Source: Chrysomallon squamiferum (taxonomy: Eukaryota > Animalia > Mollusca). Taken from it: a stretch of 64,000 bases of DNA. The notes beneath the pieces are model-generated. The model did no database searches and had not been told where the DNA came from. It saw only the letters and a program-made list of their open reading frames with translations. Position 1 is the stretch's first letter. Every line of letters starts with the position of its first letter. Of the stretch, positions 52,521 to 64,000 are shown one piece after another. The stretch covers positions 2,232,001 to 2,296,000 of the forward strand of contig CM022678.1 in the NCBI GenBank assembly GCA_012295275.1. The letters run 5' to 3'. Both the position numbers and the translations under genes were made by a program.

Positions 52521-54451
52521 AATGTGGAAAGAAATGATTTTTTTTTTTTGGAAAAACAATTGTGTTTCGGGTAATTAATGTATTTATAAAATAACGTAAT
52601 TAAGAGTGGAAATGTATATTAAATTTAGTCTGAGTTGTGAAAAGAAATTAAAAAGTAAATAAACAATGTCTGCCCTGTCTTTCTGAATGTACATCATATT
52701 GTAACATGAATAATATGTGTGTTTATGTGTGTTTGTGTGTATATGTGTGTGTTTGTGTGTGTGTGTTGTGTGTGTGTGTACACACATGTGTTTGTGATAT
52801 GTATGAAGGTGTTTGTGTTTGTACTGACAGAACATAGTAAATATAAAATAACTGACATTCAGTGTGTAGTGTTTGTGTGTGATCTTATTTACTGGAACTA
52901 CATAAGTAAATATAACAAGATAAGAACAAAGAAAAAATAGAAAAAAATGTATATCAGAACAGATTAGTTAACGCACACAGTCAGTGGGAGGCTAAAAATA
53001 AGAAATAAAAAATACAGAGGAGAGAATAATTAGTATGTATTATGGAAGATTCTTTTTTTTCTCTCTGATTTTAAAGTCGTCTATTTTTAACAAAAGTAAG
53101 CTATTCCAATTTATTATTATTGTTTTTAAAATATTTGTGATTTCTTCTTCTTTTTCAAATTATAATTTAAAAGAGATCAACGGGTGTTGACCGACAGTTT
53201 ATTTTGTAGCTAATTCGTGTTTATTTATTTATTTATCATTATTTTTGCAGTGTTGTTTTTTATAATAACAAAGACACTCAGAAAAAAATTGTGTATAAAA
53301 GACATTTGATTTTTAGAGTTATAAAATTCTCTGAAAATCAAGAATAACAACATTGAATCTGATTTTCTCTTTCACGAGTCAATTTGAAGAAAATCGCAAA
53401 TAAAAATATAACAATTCAGAAATGTAAAATCACTTAGACATTTTATTTCCCGGAATATTTATAATTCTACGAAATGATATAACATAAAATAAAATGTTCT
53501 ACATCCCAAGACGAATCCACTCTGTTGAAAGGTGCATTCGTCAAATGTTTCGAGACAGTGTTAAACTGTGTTCAGTGTTTTAGGTCTATAAACAAAGAAA
53601 TAATAAGTGTTCTGTGTTTTATGTTAGGTCTGTTCTAAACAAAGAAATAATAAAAAGTGGAAGAAACACTGGTGTTTTACTAGACAAAAGTATCTGTTCT
53701 TTCATTGACACAATCAAGTTCAAACATTTTAAAACTGGCACATAATTTAACTGGAAGAAATAAATAGTTGTATATAAAGGTAAAACAAAAATATTAAATG
53801 GAGAAACTAGGCGCTGGCTATTATAGTCATTTGTTAAACTTAAGTACCCGAAATAAAAAGATTTTATCTGATCACAAGAGATTTGCATAATTTATAGATA
53901 ACTGTTACCTGATGAATCGATAAATAAATAAAAAGAAAGGAACGTTAAAAGAAAACCTTTCAGTACGAGATCTTTTGTATGCATCCATTGTTGTGTTCAG
54001 TGTGGCAATAATTGATATCAAGCCTCACGTTAGCTGCGAAATATAAATGAATACATACATAAATAAGTAAACTAAGAAAGAAAGAAAGAAAGAAAGAAGG
54101 ACTTAAATAAATTTAATCTGATATTGCATATAATTTACCGGAACAATGGATAAATAAATAAATAAATAAATAAATCGAAGAAAAATAACAAGAAAAAGAA
54201 TAGAAAAAGATTGAAATGAAGGAGATACTAGGCCTTGGCTTGCCCAACTCGTGGACGCTCCTGGATTCATTGTCAAGACAACAAGGTAAATACACTGAAC
54301 TGTCACTTTATGCTAATTTATGCTTACTAGAAGAAACTGATACATAGCTCGACCCTGTAAACTGCTCAAACCTTTTTGACTTAGTATAAAAAGCAGTTTA
54401 ACAAGCGTGATTACACTTAGAACTGATCGTGTTTACATTGTCACCATGCAA

Positions 54452-54620
54452 CGAGAGTAACACACTACGTGCAAACCTGTCACGTGTCGTCTTACAAAAA
54501 TATCACGTGACGTGTCTCAGCGGACGATTCACAGAGCGAGCAGACGGCGTCAAGTTTGTGTCAGTTCGTTAGTTAAAAAGATTCGAGTTTTGCTTCAGTT
54601 TCGATTGTCAGGTAGGCAGA
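54452..54620 (+). promoter_or_regulatory. Promoter/first-exon module copy 3
   Basis: GTCACGTG...TCACGTGACGTG...GATTCACAGAGCGAGCAGACGGCG...AG|GTAGGC. Confidence 0.55.
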
Positions 54621-54738
54621 ACTTATAGTACACATTGCTATTAGTAGTGAATGTTGGTGGTTTACTTCACAGTATCTGATTAATGATTTTTCCTAATTAA
54701 AAACAATAAATAAATAAATGAAAATAATAATAATAATA

Positions 54739-54776
<38 letters not shown>

Positions 54777-55076
54777 AATGATGATAATAATTAGCCAGTT
54801 TTTGAAATAAATAAATGATTCAATGGAGTGTTTTTGAACTGTAAATGTTATTTTCTTTCAAATAATTATAGTTTATTATAATTATGTATGCATATCATGT
54901 CATATTTAGATACTTCTAAAATGATATCGTAGTCACCTGTTCTGAAGATGTGAATAATAATAATAACAACAACAACAACAACAATAATAATAATAACAGA
55001 TAAAAGTAAATATTGTTACTCTGTTCAGAATGTGTAATAAAAGTTATTAAATTATTTATTTATGTATTAGTTGTGA

Positions 55077-55112
<36 letters not shown>

Positions 55113-55544
55113 TTTATAACAATGATTAATTATAATATTCAGAAGCCATTATAATCATTTTTTATCAGTATTTACATATGTAAAATTGCTCTCAGACATA
55201 AGTATACATTGTTGTTTTTTATGTCCGCACTGCACATCTACCTGCAAGGTCTGAATCTAGTGTCCACTGTTTGTTTTTGTTTTAATGAAAGTGTGCGATT
55301 GCTTTTAATTATTTTTTGAAGAGTCATGACCTTTCACGTACTCAAACATAGTGGCATGCCTCTCTACGTGTGGGGAAATACGCGTGGTTTCTGCCCTCTC
55401 ACGTTTTCCCCATTTGCATTAAAAATCTAATCTCAAGTAGAAGAGCACAGATTTCACTTCAAAATGATGTTTTCCTTTCACAAATCTGAATTTAAGAAAA
55501 CCTGTTTTAATTATTTTTTAATTTATTTATTTTTATGACTATTA

Positions 55545-55628
<84 letters not shown>

Positions 55629-55783
55629 AATACATGTAGATAAACATACATGCATACAAACACATATATATATGTATGTGTTTTATGTATCTTTTGATTG
55701 ATGCGTATATTAGACGTCATCTTTGTCTACCAGTCTATAAAAAAAATAATAATAAACAAATAAATATATAAATAAAGAAATAG

Positions 55784-55855
<72 letters not shown>

Positions 55856-55896
55856 TTCAAACTGCTTTTCTTACAGAGATAATAGAACATCCGGGA

Positions 55897-56036
55897 TCTG
55901 TGACATGTCGTCTTGTAAAAAATCACTCAATGTGTCCAAGCAGATGACTGACAGAACGAGCAGACGGCAAATATTTTTTGTGTGAATTTATTCTACAAGA
56001 TTGCTGTTTTACTTCTATTTCTACTACAGGTAAGCA
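55897..56036 (+). promoter_or_regulatory. Promoter/first-exon module copy 4 (degenerate)
   Basis: ACAGAACGAGCAGACGGC...TTTCTACTACAG|GTAAGC. Confidence 0.5.
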
Positions 56037-57737
56037 AACTTTATACTATACTCCATTTGCTCTTTCTTTTTTTTTTTTTTTTTTTTTTATTAACCAAAAA
56101 CAACCCTCGCAGAAACAATTACGAAAGAATACACTAGAGAACGAGAAAAAAATAATATTATTTTGATTAATTAATTAATTATTTAATTTATTTATTTATT
56201 TATTATAAATTCATTTATGTATTTACTTGTTACATGGTAGAATTAAATAAATCAATATGTAAATAAATAAATGAATAAATAAATAAATAAATAAATAAAA
56301 AAGCAAATAAATAAATAAAGTAGAATGAAAATAAATCAATCAATAAATAAGCAAAAAGTGTAGAATAATTATGATAAGACATTGGTTAAAAATATTTTCA
56401 ATGTTTAGTCTACATTAATAAGGTAACAGGTTGATTTCTATCTACTGATTTAGTATAATTATAATCTAATACTGGGCTGTAGTTTAAAATATCTAAATTT
56501 GATATTCCTTTTTACAGTTATATTTATTAGTTGATTTGGTTCTTGTTTTTTGGTTATTGTTGTAGTTTTATTTTTGGAATGTATTTTTTAAATCTTTAAT
56601 ATGGAGTATCATCTCTTTGAATATCATTTTTTATTATTTATTTTTTTGGCAGATTCAAATTATTTTATTGTTTAATTTCTTGTTTGCTTTATAACAAATT
56701 ATTTGTTAAATTACTTTACTGCTATGAATAAAGAAATAGTACGATATATCAGCTGATTTGGTAAATGTTTGAGAAGGAAAAGTTTATTATTAATATACAG
56801 TTTCTGTTGTCACATTCTAAAATAAAAACAAGCTCAATGGTTAAGATCATCGTCACATGATCTAGACATGTACCTCATTCAAATATTTAACATGAGTTTT
56901 GTCACGTAGACACGAATTAGTAAGTATCACACTTTATTGTTACAAGTGTTTATTACAGAAAACAAAATTTTTCCAGTCTTAAAAACAAATGTTTTAATTA
57001 ACAGTTTTAGAACTACGATTGTGACTATTCCGTTTTTATTTATTTTATTTTCAAATACTTTGTATATCATTGTCTTATTTACATATTTCAAAAATGATAT
57101 CGTATTATCGGTGTTCCGAACATGATGATGATGATGATGATAATAATAATAATAAAATATATATATTTCATTTCATGAACTTGACGTTCTGTTTGTTGCA
57201 GGTCTACTTCAGTGTTAAATAGTAATACTTTTATGTAACGGCTGATATATGTGTGCGTGTGTGTGTGTGTGTGCGTGCTAATTAATCTGGTTTCTTTTGG
57301 AGGCTAAGATTAAGTGTGAGAAAATGTTCACAATGTTTTGTTTCACTAAATTTACGAGACATGTAGAACACAAGCGGCAGATACATTTTTCAGTAATGTT
57401 TCGTTTCCTTCAGTTTATGTGATATTACAAAGAATGCACCCTACTCTTTGTTATAAAACAGATATCAACACTGTTTACGGAACTTTCGTGGAGCTAACTG
57501 TTCAGTTATTAAAGAAAATTCACCGATTTTCATTATTATTTTCTTGTTGTTTCCCTTATATTTGGTGCATTCTGTAAGTCTTTGTTCCCTCTCTCTGCAT
57601 TCTATAAGCACATGACTTTTAAAGTGTATACAATTACATATGTGTCCAGCAAACATGACAAAGTGGTGCAAGGTCTGTGCATGTCTGATGCAAATAATTT
57701 CACTGCATCAATCATTTCAGACTATACTTAATCACTC

Positions 57738-57778
<41 letters not shown>

Positions 57779-57854
57779 TTGTGTAGATATGCATATAATC
57801 TTTTTTCTTCGCATTACAATTATTTTTGACTGTGGGTCTGTCAAAAAATAATAT

Positions 57855-58125
57855 TATTTAAATTTAAAGGTAAAAGATGTTGAAAACAGTTAACCATACA
57901 TGTTAATTTCTTAAATGCTATGATAGGGAGTCTTGCAGTCAGTGTGTATTACTAAACAAGAGCAGAGAAAAGAGTTGTTACACTTTTTATTACAACAGAC
58001 AACAAAAACAGTTCTGTTTTACATCTAGCAGCTTTGTGGAAACTAAAAACTTGTGAGAGATTTGTTTGAAAAAAGGTGTTCTATGTAAATACTATTAACT
58101 GCGATTGTTAAACTCCTGTTGATAA
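57855..58125 (+). pseudogene. Highly decayed ankyrin remnant followed by a copy of the 13260-13840 flank
   Basis: ACAGACAACAAAAACAGTTCTGTTTTACATCTAGCAGCT matches the TD.DNNSVLHLAA unit; 58260-58545 matches 13625-13840. Confidence 0.7.
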
Positions 58126-58568
58126 AGTTTGAATAATAGTTAATTTTTTTTATTAAAAACTGTTTTGAGGAATGTATTGGTCTTTAAATTGCATTGAATG
58201 ATTATTGTGTATAAGTGTTGTTTCTTTTGCTTCTAATGATGTTTGTTTCATTTGTTTTCATTCTAAACACGATATTATTATCTGTTATAATCGTTGGTGT
58301 AGTTCAACCCGCTGTCCCGCTCTGTTGCTTTCTGACTTCGTATTGAAACCAGTTTTCAGAAACATGATATATTAGAACATTCAGTGACGTCACATGGTAA
58401 CAAGAGTAACACACTGTATTGAAATAAACGGGTGACCTAGAACGAGCTGCAGTTAGAAGTACGTGGACAAGATTAAACATGAGATATCTGCGTTTAGTCT
58501 TGTGACATTTATTCATGTTACGGGTAAAAAAATTGTAACAGGACATAAAACATTAATAATAAACAAAC

Positions 58569-58602
<34 letters not shown>

Positions 58603-59477
58603 GAAAATAATAAAATAAAATAAGATGAAGAGGGATGAAACATTTTAAAATAAAACTGTTTACGATAGTTAAAATAACGTATTCAAGAGTTTTATATATA
58701 TATAAATGTAGTTAAATATCTGCATTTATCCCTCAGCTAATTTGGTTTCAGGTGTTTCTCTGTATTTCTGCATACGTGTGTGTTTGTGTGTGTTTGTTTG
58801 AGTGTTTGTATACGTTTTTGTTTGTGTGTGTGTTCTGTGTGCGTGTTTGTGTGTCTGTCTCTGTATATTTGTGTGTGTCTGTGTGTGTATGTATCTGTCT
58901 GTTTGCCTTTGTGTCTCTGTGTTTATGGCTGTGTGTGTTTGTGTCTGTGTGTTTGTGTGTTTTTATGGTGTGTTTGTGTTTGTGGGTGTGTTTATGTGTA
59001 CCTCTAAATACTATTAAGTTATTGCGAGGCTACTGCACGATGACAGTAATCCTGTCTCCTCCCACTTTCCATCAAGTTAAGAAAAATAAAAGTTTCTGCA
59101 TCCCGAGACGACCCCACTGTGTAGAAAATGAGACAAGTCAGTCTCATTACGTGATGACGTCACGATTTCAGCTGGGATGTGCTACAGTCGTTAAATGTTT
59201 TGCTATTGTTCCTGTCAAACTTTGTTTTGTGTAATGAAAAGTCGCGCTAAAGAAAGAAATAATAACATAAATCTTAGTAATAATAATGATGATGATGATG
59301 ATGATGACAACAATATTTGTGTGTTACTTTAAGCTATATTTTAGCTTACTATAAGCAAATGATATATAGCTGGCCCCTGTATACTGGTTCTTATCTTTTT
59401 GTGCAAGTATACAAACCAGTTTGACAAATGTTATACTTAGAACTTATGTAAAACGTGTTTACGTTGTCACCAAGCAA

Positions 59478-59658
59478 CCAGAGTAATACACTAGGTGCAA
59501 ACAAGTCACGTGCAAACCAGTCACGTGTCGTCTTAAAAAAATGTCACCTATGCGTTTAAGCGGACGATTCACAGAGTGAGCAGACGGTGTAGAATTTGTG
59601 ACAATTCGTTAGATGAAAAGATTCCATGTTTATTTCGATTTCTACTACAGGTAGGCAA
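59478..59658 (+). promoter_or_regulatory. Promoter/first-exon module copy 5
   Basis: Two GTCACGTG, GATTCACAGAGTGAGCAGACGG, CTACTACAG|GTAGGC. Confidence 0.55.
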
Positions 59659-60538
59659 ACCTTTTACTACACTGCTATTACTTCACTGTTGATTGTCTGC
59701 TTATTTCATAGTACAAACTTAATTATGTTATTTTAGTTTAGTTTATTTACTTATGTTTTGTTCTTTTTGCGGCGAACACGGAATGTAACATCAGAGACTC
59801 GGCTCACTTTTGCGTTTTTGTTTTAAAATAATACATCAACAATTATCTGCTAATAAAACTGCATTATAAATAAATAAATAAATAAATAAGGATTTATCTT
59901 TTATATTATATTTTTCATCGAATAATAAGTCGAAATATATCTTTGTGTAAACAAAAATATAATTAATACATAATAATAATAATAAAATAATAATAATAAT
60001 AATAAATAAACAAATAAATAAATAAGCAGCATCTACGAATATGTTGTTCAGTTATAAAGCAATCGAAAGATGAATAAACATCTACGGAATATCTGCTTTA
60101 AACAATAGAAAGGAATTGACTTGTTTCGACAAATGATAATGCTGATGTATGGTTTGAATTTTATTTTTTATTTGTTTCTCTGTTATTGTTTTTCTTTTTT
60201 TCTTTTCTTTTCTTTTCTTTCTTTCTTTCTTGTTTTTTTTTTTTTTTTGGTCGCTTAATTTGGAATTTGTGTTTTGACAAGGTTATGAAACATTCGCATT
60301 GTTAAATATTTCGACTTCATTAAATGAAAATTTAATTATTTGTTTAATTACATCTCTACGATAAATTAAATCAGTGGATAAATAGTTCGATACAAATCAT
60401 TTTGTAAATGTTTATTAAAACTTAATAATAAAATCAACAAGGTCTGTGTTACTCTCCGGTGAGATCATTGTCACGTGATCTAAACATTTTGAAATACTTA
60501 ACATGAGATTTATCACGTAGACACCACTATATAATAAC

Positions 60539-60598
<60 letters not shown>

Positions 60599-60922
60599 AA
60601 TAAATCATTCAGTGTAGAATTTTTAAACTGGAAATGTTTTTGTCTTTGAAATAATTACAATTTATTATAATTATGTGTGTATTTTATGTGATATTTAGAT
60701 ACTTTTAAATGATATCGTACAAAAACATTGTTCTGAGTATGTGAATACTAATAATAAATGTATATTTTCTCCACTTTTGTAAAACATTCTTCTTCTTCTT
60801 CTTCTTCTTCTTATAAACTGAATTATGTGATACTGGTACACACAGTGTAACGTTTTCAATCTCGGTCAAATCTGAAATAAATAAAAAGTACTACTGCTGC
60901 TAACAACAAGAACAACATAGCA

Positions 60923-60963
<41 letters not shown>

Positions 60964-63009
60964 TAATAATAATAATAATAAGTAAAAGATGGACGCAGAT
61001 ATTGTTTGTGTTCAGAATGTTTTTTTTTTATTCAGTTATATTCCTATTTATTCATTAATTTATTATTATTATTATTATTATTATTACAAATACTATTTAT
61101 AATATTCACGAGCAATTTCAAATCCTTTTTTTTATTTTTTTTCCCCCCAGTATCTACATTTTGAAATTTAAGGGGGCATAGGAAGCATGCCCTAGGCAAG
61201 TTGAAAACTGCTCTTTTCCCGGCTCGGCGCAGATAGAGTTTTATTCAAAGAAGCATGCAATACGCATCACAATAATTAGTGGTTATTCCCCTTTCTAATG
61301 CATACTTTGTTTTTGTTCGGAGTAAAGTGTGTGATTCTTAATTAGTTTTTGAAGAATTATTTACTTTCACGTGACTTGCCTTTGTATGTGTCGGAAATAC
61401 ACGTGGTTTCGTTCCTGCCCTCCGGCATGTTACCCCCTTTCGCGATAACAAAAAAGGCTAAAATTAATCTCATCTGAAAGAGCGTAGACTTCACTTCAAA
61501 ATGATGTTTTCCTCTCATAAATCGAACAAAACTTTGATTTGAAATTTTAAAAGCCAGGTGTCTGAACTGAAATTTTTTTTTGTTTCCACAAAAAATTCCC
61601 GATCAAGCATAATTCCCGAAAAGAGCGATATCTGCATTTTATATAAAAACAAAATATAAAAATAAAAAAATCACGGAGTTTTTTTCCGACGATATCACGG
61701 TGAAAATGCGGGAAGCCTTAAAAGCGGCCAATCGTTGTTCAGAAGTGAACTTTGACATCGATCAGTGTTCTCACTAAGCAAATGGATGGGAATGGGTTGT
61801 GAAGCAAAGTATAAGAGATTACCTTAAAAATAATATAATGAAGCGTTCCTTGATTTATTTTTATTATTATTGTTTTTTGCCTCCTCTTGTTAAAAAATAT
61901 TGATAGTTTTTGTTCGAGGAAATTGATGTTAGCGATTTCAAGGCAGGTAATTTGTGATCATTGTGTTGAGAATTTTAATCAGTTTCGGTTTGACTTTAAC
62001 ATTAGTTTGTTTTGAGCGTATATTTCAATTCATTCTACTAAGTAATTGTATATATTTTCATCAAATTGTCAAGACAACGAGGTAATAAATACAGTGTACC
62101 CGAAATAAATCTACCCCATGATCACAAGAGATTTGCGTCTTAGTGAAAGGATTAACAGTTATTTATAGATAATTATAAGTTGATGACAGGAGAAGAAATA
62201 AATGTTAATATGAAAGCTTTCAATATAAAATGTATGAGTTAAGCTTTTTGTTTGCTTTGAGTGTCGTATTCAGTTTGGCAATAATTAATGTTAAGCCTGA
62301 TGTTAGCTGCGAAATATAAATAAATAAGTTAAGAAAGAAAGAAGGAAAGAAAGATAGAAAGAAGGAAGCAAGGAAAGAAATAGAACTTAAATTATTTAGT
62401 CATTTATAGATTAGATGACAAAAATATGAAATTTGTGTTTGTTTGTTTACCTACTTTCAAAATTAAGCATAATAGATTAGTTACGTGATTCTTTTCCATG
62501 ATATAGGAAGAAAATTACAAAGTCACCTCAAAAAAGAAACACAAATAGAATGAAATGAAATAAACAAAAATGCAAAAAAAAAAAAACCAAAACCCAACTA
62601 AATAATAAAAAAAATAAAAAAAATGAAATAATGAAATGTGAAATGTTGAGTTGGATGAAAGGCTATGAAATAAAATAGTGAGTTACTGTATTTTACTAAC
62701 AGAGTGATAAATACAATTAAATAATTAAATAAACGATGTCTGCCCTGATTTCTATGACACGAAAATACAGTAGTCTTTTTTCCTCAGTGAAGAACATAAA
62801 TCTTAATACCAATAATTATATATCTGAATGTGTGTGTGAGTGTGTCTGTCTGTGTGTTATTTTAAGCTACCTGTAATCTTACTATAAGAAAATGATATGC
62901 TACTATACTGAATACTGCTCATATATTTTTGTGCAAGTATACGCACGAGTTTGACAAGTGTGTTATACTTAGAACTGATACAAAATGTGTTTACGTTGTC
63001 ACCAAGCAA

Positions 63010-63166
63010 CCAGAGTAACACACTACATGGAAACCTGTGACGTGTCCTTTTCACAAAAATATCACATGACGTGTCAAAGCAGACGATTCACAGAGCGTGG
63101 AGTTTGTGACAGTTCGTTACTGACAAGATTCGAGTTTTACATCGGTTTCGATTGACAGGTACGCAA
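63010..63166 (+). promoter_or_regulatory. Promoter/first-exon module copy 6, followed by intron-1-like sequence to the window end
   Basis: AAACCTGTGACGTGTC...GATTCACAGAGCG...ACAG|GTACGC; downstream matches 42350-42790. Confidence 0.55.
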
Positions 63167-63338
63167 ACTTAAAGTATACTGTATTTAGTAGTGGCTGTTG
63201 ATTGTTTATTTAATAATTTTAAATTTATAAATTGTCGACAGTGATCCCGGACTATGACATCTGCAACTCGGCTTTCGTTTCAGTTTTCATTTAAAAATAA
63301 TTATGAACTAATAAAATTACATTTCCTTTTTCATTCTT

Positions 63339-63373
<35 letters not shown>

Positions 63374-64000
63374 GATTTATAAAGCAACAAACATACGAAC
63401 AAAAAGTGTATTATCATCATCCCATTATATTTAATTTTGCGCTGTATTAACTGGCCGAAGTTTTAGAAACGGACAAAGATGGCACCGGTAATGGTTTAAA
63501 TTATCGAAAGAGGAATAAAATGTCTAAGGAATTATTGATTGTTTAAAAGAAAAAAAACTGAAATCAGTTGGTTTTGTGAAGTATTGATACAAATGTAAAT
63601 CAATATTTTCAAGAAGTTTCACAGGTTTTTTTGTTTTTGTTTTCGTTTCTGAGCGTGTTTGTTCCGTCTCTCTGCATTCTATAAGTAATGTGTATCTTGT
63701 TACATATGAATCCAGTAAAGATGATGAAGTAATACAAGGTCTGTGTATGTCAGATACAAATACGTTTATTACACCAGACATTTCAGTCATACCACGACTA
63801 TACGTAATCACTCACTATTTGTCTGTGTGTGTTTGCAATTTGATTAACTGTTCAGTATGGAGAATCTTCTCTTTAGAATTATTTTTGACTAGGAGTCAAT
63901 ATTAGTTTATTGTTAAATTTCTTGTTTTTATTAAATTAATTTTTATTTATTTTATTTTATTTTTTTATTAAATTACAAATTAAAATAAAGATAAACAGTA

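Overview
AT-rich, microsatellite-rich eukaryotic (invertebrate, probably molluscan by inference) genomic DNA; most short ORFs in the track are microsatellite artefacts. (1) 0.25-7.8 kb: five elongator tRNA-Met(CAT) genes, all with a canonical 37/38 intron, lying upstream of (probably intronic to) the last two exons of a PMP22/claudin-superfamily gene (7974-9531). (2) 14.3-26.7 kb: a spliced NLR-like gene. Three short phase-1 exons, one encoding a RHIM-like motif, are joined to a giant exon encoding an nSTAND3-type P-loop NTPase plus about 30 ankyrin repeats arranged as conserved two-repeat units, each carrying a hypervariable loop; there is one +1 frameshift at ~23770. (3) 31-37 kb: scattered exon-like fragments including a FAM167 terminal exon. 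(4) 38-64 kb: a mosaic of degenerate paralogous copies of the NLR-like locus (five more promoter/first-exon modules, ankyrin remnants, 3' flank). One copy lacks an intact NTPase-ANK exon but carries five tandem ~63-nt exons each encoding a ~21-aa RHIM-like peptide. The most interesting candidate system is this RHIM-nSTAND3-ankyrin receptor plus neighbouring poly-RHIM paralogue, reminiscent of fungal amyloid-signalling NLRs. All calls are by eye; no database searches were run.
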